A stretch of 64,000 bases of DNA. Origin: Bugula neritina (lineage: Eukaryota; Animalia; Bryozoa). Location: assembly GCA_964035545.1 (NCBI GenBank), contig OZ037772.1, positions 1-64,000 of the forward strand, given 5' to 3'. The position numbers and the translations under genes were made by a program. Positions 52,018 to 64,000 of the stretch are shown one piece after another; the first letter of the stretch is position 1, and every line of letters begins with the position of its first letter. Below the pieces are notes generated by a model, which saw only the letters and a program-made list of their open reading frames with translations, had not been told where the DNA came from and ran no database searches.

Positions 52018-55000
52018 ATGGCTACTGATAGATACCAAGAATGGTTCAATGCTGTGGACACAGACGGGTCGGGCAGCCTGACGTACTCCGAACTTTATGA
52101 CTTCCTCACTCAGCAACGAGGCTACACTGACCAACAGGTTGAGGTAAGCTATGAGGGTACCTGTAGATTACTCAGACTATACATATTTCACCCGGTGACT
52201 AGTCAATATTCCGAAGGCCCATTAGTCCGAAGGCCCATTAGTCCGAAGGTCCATTGGTCCGAAGGTCCATTGGTCCGAAGGTCCATTAGTCCGAAGGTCC
52301 ATTAGTCCGAAAATTAGTAGACACATGATAGTGAAGAGCATCCTCACTGAGAATATCATTGATCATTCACTCACAATCTAGTTTAAGTTCTTGCTCTGTT
52401 AATGCTGTATGTGGGTGGCATGCGTGTTGCCTACTTGCGATTGTTTAGCCTGAGATTACACTATGACCAGAAAACAGCTGCCTCAATTAGGGCTGCATCA
52501 TCTATCAACATTCCATTATGGCTGCTTTATAAACAAAGTACACAGCAAGCCATTCACTAGCCTGTCAGCTAGCAAGCCTGTAATTAGTATGTACACATCA
52601 GTATCTTCTCATCTCTAAGTGTTCACTGAAGCATGAAGTGCTGCGCAGTGATGATAACTTAGGAAAAAAAATCATATTTGCAGTGTATAAATCACTTATA
52701 TTTTATAGAAAATCTATGAAAGCTATTGAAAATTTCAAAAAAGTTGCTTTGAGGAACAGAAAGATCTACAACATGGTTTTTAAATTTCGATTCTATAGCA
52801 CAATTAGGTGAGGTTTTATTTGGCTGGACTGAATTCTTATATACCAATAGTGTGGCCCCAGCCAGGGAGTTAAAGCTAGAAGGTTGCCCTTATCGACATA
52901 TCTTGTGGATTTGTTTGGTTTGGTATATTATGGTGTGCAGCTTTGTTTATTTGATTTTAGAGTAGTGTCCAGGATGTTTATAATTTTTAGTCTTCAATGC
53001 ATTTTTACAGATATCCCTAATTAAAGATATTTTTAATTACAAAGAGATATTTTTAATTGAAATAGATATATGCATAATTTAATTAGTATAATAATGCAGC
53101 TTAGCAGCTTACAGATAATTAAAGAGATTTCAACATTAAGGGCCTATATAAGCTGACTGACTGTAGCTAGAATAGAATTGCAGTCCCCTGTCATTTTTAC
53201 ACTAACTGTAAAATAAGTAATGCTTGTAATTTTTTTTCATAAGTTATCATTATTGCGCAGCACTTCATGCTTCAGTGAACACTTAGAGATGAGAAGATAC
53301 TGATGTGTACATACTAATTACAGGCTTGCTAGCTGACAGGCTAGTGAATGGCTTGCTGTGTACTTTGTTTATAAAGCAGCCATAATGGAATGTTGATAGA
53401 TGATGCAGCCCTAATTGAGGCAGCTGTTTTCTGGTCATAGTGTAATCTCAGGCTAAACAATCACAAGTAGGCAACACGCATGCCACCCACATACAGCATT
53501 AACAGAGCAAAAACTTAAACTAGATTGTGAGTGAAATCAATGATATTCTCAGTGAGGATGCTCTTTACTATCATGTGTCTACTAATTTTCGGACTAATGG
53601 ACCTTCGGACTAATGGACCTTCGGACTAATGGGCCTTCGGAATACTGCTCCGTCCCCATTTCACCCAGACTATAAGTTAACGCCTTTAAATCTATTAGTC
53701 AACCTGCATTACTCAGACTATATATAGGCCACTCAGACTACGCACAGGTCTCTCTGACTATACATGCGCCCCTCAAACCTTATATAGGTCACTCTGACTA
53801 TATTAGAGATGTGAGGCAAGTGTTGCTTTAACAAGTTATGGTCAATCATCTCCGCTATAGTCTGATAAAGGAATGTTCTAGTCTGAGAAGTAGACTGGCA
53901 ACAGGATACCCAGCTATGCTATGCAAACAGACACTAAGTTTCATATTTCACTGGTAATGGCTGAGAGGTGCTTTGTAGAATAAGATGCTGTTACATGACC
54001 CACACACCTATGTGGGCTGAGCAGCTTATAAAGGAGAACACAATACAAACATTAGGAGAATGTAATCATCGTATTCAATCATTCATGATAACAACACTTG
54101 ACTGAGCAAATCCTTTTGTACCGAATTGCTTGTTAGTCATGACCTACTGGCCCACTATAAAGGGTAATTTGATAGCCTCCCAACCTGTTCACAAGTTCTC
54201 TGCCTATTTTTATGAGGCCATCGCACAGCTATGCCAGTAAAGGAAATGTTTTGTTTATTAAGTTAAGTTTTTAAATACCATGGCAACCATTTTATAACAT
54301 CAAATGTTTCCTGACACACACATGTGTGAGTCAGCAAAGGTGTTGGGCAATCCAATGATGGGGTGCATATACCTGACCCCACCCTGTTTGAGTGAGAGAG
54401 CATAAGGAACTTTGGCTATGTTTTTTCAAGCAGGATAATAATCAATGAGCCAAGAAAACATTATGATTGTCAATATTAGGGTTAATTATAGTCATATAAT
54501 TAGTTTGATAACAACTTCATATATCTAATACTAACAGTCAGTGTCCAGTAAATAAGCTAAGAGGGACCAGCTTAGGATGTGTGATACTGTGTGATATATA
54601 CTAGTGTGTAATACTCAGTGTGCTATAGTGTTGTGTCGGTATGCTGTAGCACATTATGTCATTTGCTATATTATACTCTCAGTATGCTATAGCACATTAT
54701 GTCATTTGCTATATTATACTCTCAGTATGCTATAGCACATTATGTCATTTGCTAATTATTATACTCTCAGTGTGCTATAACACATTATGTCAGGTGCCCT
54801 ACCCACCTTGGCAGCCATCATAGTAACTAGTTTTTGACATTTGGCTGCAATAAATATGACATAACCAAGTAAAGCTGACAGTTCAGCTGTCCTTAACATT
54901 GTAAGCATTAGATGGCAACCAATTTCTAAAACATGGTTTAAGGAAACTAAAGGACATCTCTATGGCAACATGTAAACAGGATATGCCTGTTTCTAATGAG

Positions 55001-57466
55001 CAAAAACATGACATGTGATCTGGCACCTGTTATTGGTGTCTAAAATTAACTTTTAGAATCAGTGCAATTGTACTGACGGTTTCCTGGTGCTGACAAGTAG
55101 CTCTGCGTCATATAATAATATTATACTACATATGTATTTAGTTATATATAATAATAATATTATACTACATATGTATTTAGTTATATATAATAATAATATT
55201 ATATTACATATGTATTTAGTTATATATAATAGTAAGTTATTAGTTTACATGTGTGTGTTTAGTCATATATAATAGTAAGTTATTAGTATACATGTGTGTG
55301 TTTAGTAATATATTGTAGTACTCACAGAATAATGAGTTTTGAAATACTAGTTTTGGCCAATGAGTACAAATCTATAATTATAGCAAAACCAAAACTAAGA
55401 GTAGTAAAATATTTAATTATTTAAAACAGTAAATAAAAACAGTCACAAACTCCATGGTTTAAAACTAAAAAATAAAAATACTCGCAGAGTTAAAAGAAAT
55501 AAGAAAATTGTAACGTTTCAGCGAGTGTTTGACATCGGCGACAAGGATTCCGATGGTCAACTGAGTTTTGATGAGTTCCTGGAGGTTATGAACAGGTTTC
55601 CTGCGGAGGCTCACTGGTAATCAACCAGCTCAATGCATGCTGATTGCTAAAATAACATGAACCTAGAATAGCAGCATTGGTGTTGGGTGCAACTAAATAT
55701 GCTCTGGGTTGTCAAGGAAAAATAACTCCAAAATTAATAATTCACCTTATAGATATGTATACCCACTCGACATCTACATGCTATATAAAGCATTCCACTG
55801 TTGTGAATTATGAGTGAAGAGTATTAAACTGCTGCTGGTAGTTGACCTAGTTTGCAGGTGATGCCAGCATATAGATGAGTCATCGCTAGCCCTGGTCTGC
55901 TGGATGACACACTCTAACACAGGGGTGTCCAACCTTTTCAAACCGAGGGCCACGTAAATGAAATATTTTATGGAGAAGGCCACATTGTAAGCTTCAGCTT
56001 GTGCTGGGGGGCCACAGCATCAGTATTTTTCAAACTACTTTATTCCAAAACTTTATGAATCATTACACAATTAAGTCTTAATAGTTACTGCCAGCTGCAT
56101 TTTTTGTGTTATTTGTATAAATAAGGCACTTAAAATGTGGTTTTTCACTCTAACTCCTGTATACGTGTGATAACTAAACTTAGCTTTATGCCTTGGAAGA
56201 CCACATAAATGTAGGCTGGAGACTACATCAGGCCCACCCCCCCCCCTGCCTGTTGGACAGCCCTGCTATAGACTATAATGTTGAGCATGGAGTTTAATAG
56301 AGAGTGTAGCTCTATTATAGACTATATGGTATAATGCAGAGTTATATAGGTTGTGATATAGAGTATACTATAGACTACAATACAAAGCAAATGTATAGAT
56401 TACAGACTATAATAGATTGTAGACTATAGAGTAGAATGTAGAGTGTAGATTGTAGATTTCAAAACCCAGCAAAAAATCGAGAGCACAAAATAAAACAATA
56501 AACAAATTCATGTGTAGTTTAATTGCTAAATTAATTTACTGATAAAGTGAAGGAAAATATATTGACTATCTTTTAATTTAAGGTTGAATCGGCCTGTTAT
56601 ACTGATTCAGCAGAGAATAGGAATTTAGAGAAGTGAAATTATTATTATAGTGTGTTTCATCAACCCCTGAATGGTGGACTCCATCCACTCCTACTTGGTA
56701 GACTCCATCAACCCCTGTATGATGGGCTTTATCCACTCCTACATGATTAACACTCATTAACCTCCCTGCATGGCAGACACACTGGTAACATTTTGCTATT
56801 AACCACAAACTAACATATCTTCTTGCAGAAGATGTTTGACGCTGCAGATACGTCTGGTGATGAGAAAATAAGTTTTGAGGAATACAAAAACATAATGACT
56901 TCCACTCCCAGTACCACGCATTCGTAAGATTCTCCGAGCAATCATTTCTGGATGTCTGTTAAACTTTCTTACATTCTCAATATAAATTGAAGTCATAGAA
57001 ATACCCGTTCTATAAACTTATTTATCTTACTAAAAACTTATCTGTTGAATTCGGTGTTTATGGTGAACACGGCAGAACTATATAACTGTTTGTAGGGAGT
57101 CGGCACTGAGAAGTGTCTGTAGAAGTTTTGACAAGAACGGGGATGGTGTGATTGACAAGTCGGAGATGACGGCTGTATTTGACGAGCTGAAGCGAGATCT
57201 GTCAGGATCTGTGAGTCAATACTTCCTGTATAGAATACTACTACTTCCTGTATAGAATATTACTACTTCCTGTATAGAATCCTACTACTTCCTGTATAGA
57301 ATACCACTACTTCCCATATAGAATATTACTACTTCCTGTATAGAATATTACTACTTCCTGTTTCCAGGATATCGACAGAATCATGAAAATGACAGACTCA
57401 GACGGAGATGGGAAAATAGACTACAATGAGCTCTGCATGAAGGTCTTTGGCCAGTCATGTGATTAG
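52018..57466 (+). CDS. Calmodulin-like four-EF-hand Ca2+-binding protein (144 aa)
   Basis: Exons 52018-52143 (DTDGSGSLTYSE), 55522-55616 (DKDSDGQLSFDE) or 56829-56923, 57096-57210 (DKNGDGVIDKSE), 57368-57466 (DSDGDGKIDYNE, ends TAG); phases compatible. Confidence 0.92.
52194..53657. mobile_element. Foldback/MULE-like element with ~430-480-bp TIRs and 9-bp TSD
   Basis: ATTTCACCC at 52185-52193 and 53658-53666; 16-bp subrepeats CCGAAGGTCCATTAGT in both arms; arms ~52194-52672 and ~53229-53657. Confidence 0.9.
52322..52907. mobile_element. CMC/EnSpm-like MITE nested in the foldback element (same family as 10623-11377)
   Basis: CACATGATAG...AGGTTGCCCTTA...TATCTTGTG ends with GA TSD; interior aligns by eye to 10623-11377. 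Confidence 0.82.
55920..56265. mobile_element. hAT (Charlie-like) MITE
   Basis: CAGGGGTGTCCAAC ... GTTGGACAGCCCTG termini; 8-bp flanks only partly alike; related fragment near 46600-46682. Confidence 0.7.
56829..56923 (+). CDS. Alternative (mutually exclusive) EF-hand-2 exon
   Basis: TTGCAG|...|GTAAGA, 95 nt, phase 0 to 2 like 55522-55616; encodes KMFDAADTSGDEKISFEEYKNIMTSTPSTTH. Confidence 0.85.
57220..57361. repeat. 22-bp minisatellite filling the last EF-hand intron
   Basis: TACTACTTCCTGTATAGAATA(Y), about 6.5 copies. Confidence 0.9.
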
Positions 57467-57861
57467 TCATTAGAAGTCAGAGTTATGCACTGAATTTTCC
57501 TTCTTCTATTGAATCAGACTGCTATGAATAATATTTATACCAGATGAATCTTTAGTTTATTGAGCGCATTCAATTCATTGAGAGGACAACTTAATATGTA
57601 CTTGTTTGTAGTTATAAACTAATGAAATTAGTAGTCTTGATTTTATGTCAGATGTTTATTTTGCACGTTTTACTCTTAATTATGGAAAGGGTTTTATTTC
57701 TATGCTGGCTTATATAACATTGTTGAGAGCGCTGTTTTCCTTACTCAAATCTGTAATAATAAGATAACTCCATAGTTTAGAGTTGATGTTACGCAACTGT
57801 GATAGCTTAGAAAACAATAAAGACTCATCTTAACTACAGTGGAACCTTTGTGATAAGTCTT

Positions 57862-58346
57862 TACTATTCTGTATACTCACTACTCTGTATACTCACTACT
57901 CTGTCTACTCACTACTCTGTCTACTCTCTACTCTGTCTACTCACTACTCTGTATACTCACTACTCTGTATACTCACTACTCTGTATACTCTCTACTCTGT
58001 CTACTCACTACTCTGTCTACTCACTACTCTGTTACTCACTACTCTGTGTACTCACTACTCTGTGTACTCTCTACTCTGTATACTCACTACTCTGTCTACT
58101 CACTACTCTGTGTACTCTGTATTCTCACTACTCTGTCTACTCACTACTCTGTATACTCACTACTCTGTATACTCACTACTCTGTATACTCACTACTCTGT
58201 CTACTCACTACTCTGTCTACTCACTACTCTGTATACTCACTACTCTGTATACTCACTACTCTGTCTACTCACTACTCTGTCTACTCACTACTCTGTATAC
58301 TCACTACTCTGTGTACTCTGTATTCTCACTACTCTGTCTACTCACT
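57862..58346. repeat. 16-bp minisatellite (TACTCACTACTCTGTM)
   Basis: About 30 copies between the convergent 3' ends of two genes. Confidence 0.93.
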
Positions 58347-58891
58347 ATACCAGAGAGGAAAGACTGAAAGCAGCAACTAGTCTTTTGAAAGGATTTTATT
58401 GATTTTAGAATTCCCAATAAATTACAGATATTGGTATAAAAATATGAGGGTAGCCACTGCATGGCATAACTGCTAATGCCATACAGTGCAGGCAAATAAA
58501 TACAACCAATACTAAACCTAATAAACCACAAAATTATAGTTTGCCAAGGAGCACAAATACCAGAAGGTAGAGAATGGATTGAGAAGAAATGTTGCGAGTC
58601 AAACAGCTAATTATCATTGGCGTTGCAAGGAAGATTATTACTTCTAATTAGAACTTATTGGCCAATGATACGATTATATAAAATATATTGAATGGCATAA
58701 CACACTTGCTAATCACAATTACATGATGAATACAAATTCCATACACAGTCATGGCAACCATGTTGAGTCATAGTTGAGTGATGAGGCATCTAGAATATAT
58801 AAAGTGTAGGTAAGATCAGTGAGTAGCTGTAAGTTAGCAGTATTCTCATTGGCTACATGACACCCTCTGACCAATCACAAGCCTGTACAGA

Positions 58892-60460
58892 TCAAGACTC
58901 AGCTCGAGGTCGATCGCTGGCTGCCACTTCCTGTAGCCACATCTTGATGAAAGCGACGGCAGTGTTGAGTTGAGTCCAGTTGTATGCCTCTTCGCCCTCC
59001 ATGCGGGATCCATAGAGACTGTCTACGTACTGCAACAGATAGTAGAGAGTAACTCACCTGTATTGTATAGAGTATAGAGTAACTCACCTGTATTGTATAG
59101 AGTAGAGAGTAACTCACCTGTATTGTATAGAGTAGAGAGTAACTCACCTGTATTGTATAGAGTAGAGAGTAACTCACCTGTATTGTATAGAGTAGAGAGT
59201 GACTCACCTGTATTGTATAGAGTAGAGAGTAACTCACCTGTATTGTATAGAGTAGAGAGTAACTCACCTGTATTGTATAGAGTAGAGAGTAACTCACCTG
59301 TATTGTAGAGAGTAGAGAGTAACTCACCTGTATTGTAGAGAGCAGGTAAGACGGGTTCGCCATGATCAACACGTATATGAAGACGGGCAGGAAGTCGTCT
59401 GCTCCTGGAACAGACTTGGTGTGAGCCATCTTCAATAGGCCCATTATTGTATCCACACACTGGGAGACACACTACAACATACAAAGAGAGGCGATAAGGT
59501 TAGAGTTGCAGAGGTACACACATGGTGAGTCTAGAGTTGCAGAGGTACACACATGGTAAGGTTAGAGTTGCAGAGGTACACACATGGTAAGGTTAGAGTT
59601 GCAGAGGTACACACATGGTAAGGTTAGAGTTGCAGAGGTACACACATGGTAAGGTTAGAGTTGCAGAGGTACAGACATGGTGAGGTTAGAGTTACAGAGG
59701 TACACACATGGTAAGGTTAGAGTTGCAGAGGTACACACATGGTAAGGTTAGAGTTGCAGAGGTACACACATGGTGAGTCTAGAGTTGCAGAGGTACACAC
59801 ATGGTAAGGTTAGAGTTACAGAGGTACACACATGGTAAGGTTAGAGTTACAGAGGTACACACATGGTAAGGTTAGAGTTACAGAGGTACACACATGGTAA
59901 GGTTAGAGTTACAGAGGTACACACATGGTAAGGTTAGAGTTGCAGAGGTACACACATGGTAAGGTTAGAGTTGCAGAGGTACACACATGGTAAGGTTAGA
60001 GTTACAGAGGTACACACATGGTAAGGTTAGAGTTGCAGAGGTACACACATGGTAAGGTTAGAGTTACAGAGGTGCACACATGGTAAGGTTAGAGTTACAG
60101 AGGTACACACATAGTAAGGTTAGAGTTACAGAGGTACACACATGGTAAGGTTAGAGTTACAGAGGTACACACATGGTAAGGTTAGAGTTGCAGAGGTACA
60201 CACATGGTAAGGTTAGAGTTACAGAGGTACACACATGGTAAGGTTAGAGTTACAGAGGTACACACATAGTAAGGTTAGAGTTACAGAGGTACACACATGG
60301 TAAGGTTAGAGTTGCAGAGGTACAGACATGGTGTATGGAATGGCAGATATATACCTGAACTTTATCATGGGGCGTCTTAAAAGCGTTGATTTTGATGAGG
60401 TGGGCCTGGGCAGAGCTCCAGGGCGCCTCCAGGTGATAGACGGCCGGAATCTTCAACTTC
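58892..60460 (-). CDS. GAPVD1: GTPase-activating protein and VPS9 domain-containing protein 1, last three exons (VPS9 domain)
   Basis: Exons 60355-~60460 (LKIPAVYHLEAPWSSAQ...AFKTPHDKVQ), 59328-59471 (CVSQCVDTIMGLL...PGADDFLPVFIYVLIMANPSYLLSTIQ), 58892-59029 (YVDSLY...GEEAYNWTQLNTAVAFIK...TGA); matches the GAPVD1 C-terminus as I recall it. Confidence 0.9.
59041..59342 (-). repeat. 30-bp tandem repeat of an exon-end/splice-donor unit
   Basis: Ten copies of CTCTAYAATACAG|GTGAGTTACTCTCTACT on the minus strand. Confidence 0.95.
59496..60332. repeat. 31-bp minisatellite filling a GAPVD1 intron
   Basis: ATGGTAAGGTTAGAGTTRCAGAGGTACACAC, about 27 copies. Confidence 0.96.
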
Positions 60461-60483
60461 CTGTAAGATGCAATCATCATTAA

Positions 60484-63400
60484 ATAACATTATATTACTA
60501 CATTTATATACTAGTAACATTATATTACTACATTTATATACTAATAACATTATATTACTACAATTATATACTAATAACATTATATTACTACATTTATATA
60601 CTAATAACATTACATTACTACATTTATATACTAATAACATTATATTACCACATTTATATACTAGTAACATTATATTACTACATTTATATACTAATAACAT
60701 TATATTACTACATTTATATACTAGTAACATTATATTACTACATTTATATACTAATAACGTTATATTACTACATTTATATACTAGTAACATTATATTACTA
60801 CATTTATATACTAGTAACGTTATATTACTACATTTATATACTAATAACGTTATATTACTACATTTATATACTAATAACATTATATTACTACATTTATATA
60901 CTAATAACATTATATTACTACATTTATATACTAGTAACATTATATTACTACATTTATATACTAATAACATTATATTACTACATTTATATACTAGTAACAT
61001 TATATTACTACATTTATATACTAATAACATTATATTACTACATTTATATACTAGTAACATTATATTACTACATTTATATACTAATAACGTTATATTACTA
61101 CATTTATATACTAATAACATTATATTACTACATTTATATACTAGTAACATTATATTACTACATTTATATACTAGTAACATTATATTACTACATTTATATA
61201 CTAATAACGTTATATTACTACATTTATATACTAATAACATTATATTACTACATTTATATACTAATAACGTTATATTACTACATTTATATACTAATAACAT
61301 TATATTACTACATTTATATACTAGTAACATTATATTACTACATTTATATACTAGTAACATTATATTACTACATTTATATACTAATAACATTATATTACTA
61401 CATTTATATACTAATAACATTATATTACTACATTTATATACTAGTAACATTATATTACTACATTTATATACTAGTAACATTATATTACTACATTTATATA
61501 CTAGTAACATTATATTACTACATTTATATACTAATAACGTTATATTACTACATTTATATACTAATAACATTATATTACTACATTTATATACTAATAACAT
61601 TATATTACTACATTTATATACTAGTAACATTATATTACTACATTTATATACTAGTAACATTATATTACTACATTTATATACTAATAACGTTATATTACTA
61701 CATTTATATACTAGTAACATTACATTACTACATTTATATACTAATAACATTATATTACTACATTTATATACTAATAACGTTATATTACTACATTTATATA
61801 CTAATAACATTATATTACTACATTTATATACTAGTAACATTATATTACTACATTTATATACTAATAACGTTATATTACTACATTTATATACTAGTAACAT
61901 TATATTACTACATTTATATACTAATAACGTTATATTACTACATTTATATACTAATAACATTATATTACTACATTTATATACTAATAACATTATATTACTA
62001 CATTTATATACTAGTAACATTATATTACTACATTTATATACTAGTAACATTATATTACTACATTTATATATTAGTAACATTATATTACTACATTTATATA
62101 CTAATAACATTATATTACTACATTTATATACTAATAACATTATATTACTACATTTATATACTAGTAACATTATATTACTACATTTATATACTAGTAACAT
62201 TATATTACTACATTTATATACTAATAACGTTATATTACTACATTTATATACTAGTAACATTATATTACTACATTTATATACTAGTAACATTATATTACTA
62301 CATTTATATACTAATAACATTATATTACTACATTTATATACTAATAACATTATATTACTACATTTATATACTAATAACATTATATTACTACATTTATATA
62401 CTAGTAACATTATATTACTACATTTATATACTAGTAACATTATATTACTACATTTATATACTAGTAACATTATATTACTACATTTATATACTAGTAACAT
62501 TATATTACTACATTTATATACTAATAACATTATATTACTACATTTATATACTAATAACATTATATTACTACATTTATATACTAGTAACATTATATTACTA
62601 CATTTATATACTAGTAACATTATATTACTACATTTATATACTAGTAACATTATATTACTACATTTATATACTAGTAACATTATATTACTACATTTATATA
62701 CTAGTAACATTATATTACTACATTTATATACTAGTAACATTATATTACTACATTTATATACTAATAACATTATATTACTACATTTATATACTAATAACAT
62801 TATATTACTACATTTATATACTAATAGCGTTATATTACTACATTTATATACTAATAACATTATATTACTACATTTATATACTAGTAACATTATATTACTA
62901 CATTTATATACTAGTAACATTATATTACTACATTTATATACTAGTAACATTATATTACTACATTTATATACTAATAACATTATATTACTACATTTATATA
63001 CTAATAACATTATATTACTACATTTATATACTAATAACATTATATTACTACATTTATATACTAGTAACATTATATTACTACATTTATATACTAATAACAT
63101 TATATTACTACATTTATATACTAGTAACATTATATTACTACATATATATACTAGTAACATTATATTACTACATTTATATACTAATAACATTATATTACTA
63201 CATTTATATACTAATAACATTATATTACTACATTTATATACTAGTAACATTATATTACTACATTTATATACAAATAACATTATATTACTACATTTATATA
63301 CTAATAACATTATATTACTACATTTATATACTAGTAACATTATATTACTACATTTATATACTAATAACATTATATTACTACATTTATATACTAATAACAT

Positions 63401-64000
63401 TATATTACTACATATATATACTAATAACATTATATTACTACATTTATATACTAGTAACATTATATTACTACATTTATATACTAATAACATTATATTACTA
63501 CATTTATATACTAGTAACATTATATTACTACATTTATATACTAGTAACATTATATTACTACATTTATATACTAATAACATTATATTACTACATTTATATA
63601 CTAATAACATTATATTACTACATTTATATACTAGTAACATTATATTACTACATTTATATACTAATAGCATTATATTACTACATTTATATACTAGTAACAT
63701 TATATTACTACATTTATATACTAATAACATTACATTACTACATTTACATACTAATAACATTACATTACTACATTTATATACTAATAGCATTATATTACTA
63801 CATTTATATACTAATAGCATTATATTACTACATTTATATACTAATAGCATTATATTACTACATTTATATACTAATAACATTATATTACTACATTTATATA
63901 CTAATAACATTATATTACTACATTTATATACTAATAACATTATATTACTACATTTATATACTAATAACATTATATTACTACATTTATATACTAGTAACAT
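60484..64000. repeat. 30-bp satellite array filling a GAPVD1 intron (runs off the window)
   Basis: CTARTAACATTATATTACTACATTTATATA, at least ~117 very homogeneous copies. Confidence 0.98.

Noticed and set aside
57850-58402. Overlapping hydrophobic ORFs of 101-176 aa
   Set aside because: Translations of a 16-bp minisatellite.
58899-59456. 185-aa ORF as a standalone protein
   Set aside because: A GAPVD1 exon read through the repeat intron into the wrong frame of the last exon.
60377-64000. 1207-aa ORF (MLLVYKCSNI)n
   Set aside because: Stop-free frame of a 30-bp intronic satellite; it is out of frame with the GAPVD1 exon it overlaps.

Overview
AT-rich eukaryotic (invertebrate-like) genomic DNA with spliced genes, transposons and many tandem repeats. 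Host genes: a 5'-incomplete TRIM-like gene (B-box/B-box/coiled-coil/beta-propeller; +, 957-6228), a single-exon 7TM GPCR (+, 29915-30877), WDR45/WIPI4 (-, 31741-36534), a four-EF-hand calmodulin-like gene with two mutually exclusive EF-hand-2 exons (+, 52018-57466) and the 3' end of GAPVD1 (-, 58892-60460). Mobile elements: a decayed full-length Gypsy LTR element (9348-17498) with an extra C2H2 zinc-finger ORF, an intact young BEL/Pao element (38062-44988), a Penelope fragment and a retrozyme-like unit that each carry a hammerhead ribozyme inside (TA)n, and Kolobok, piggyBac, PIF, hAT, CMC and MULE-foldback MITEs. The most striking signal is in the BEL element. It has no tRNA primer-binding site and no polypurine tract. 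Instead, the 28 nt abutting the 5' LTR are the exact reverse complement of the spliced junction of a GT-AG intron inside the LTR, suggesting splicing-dependent self-priming of reverse transcription. All coordinates, translations and alignments were done by eye; no database searches were run.
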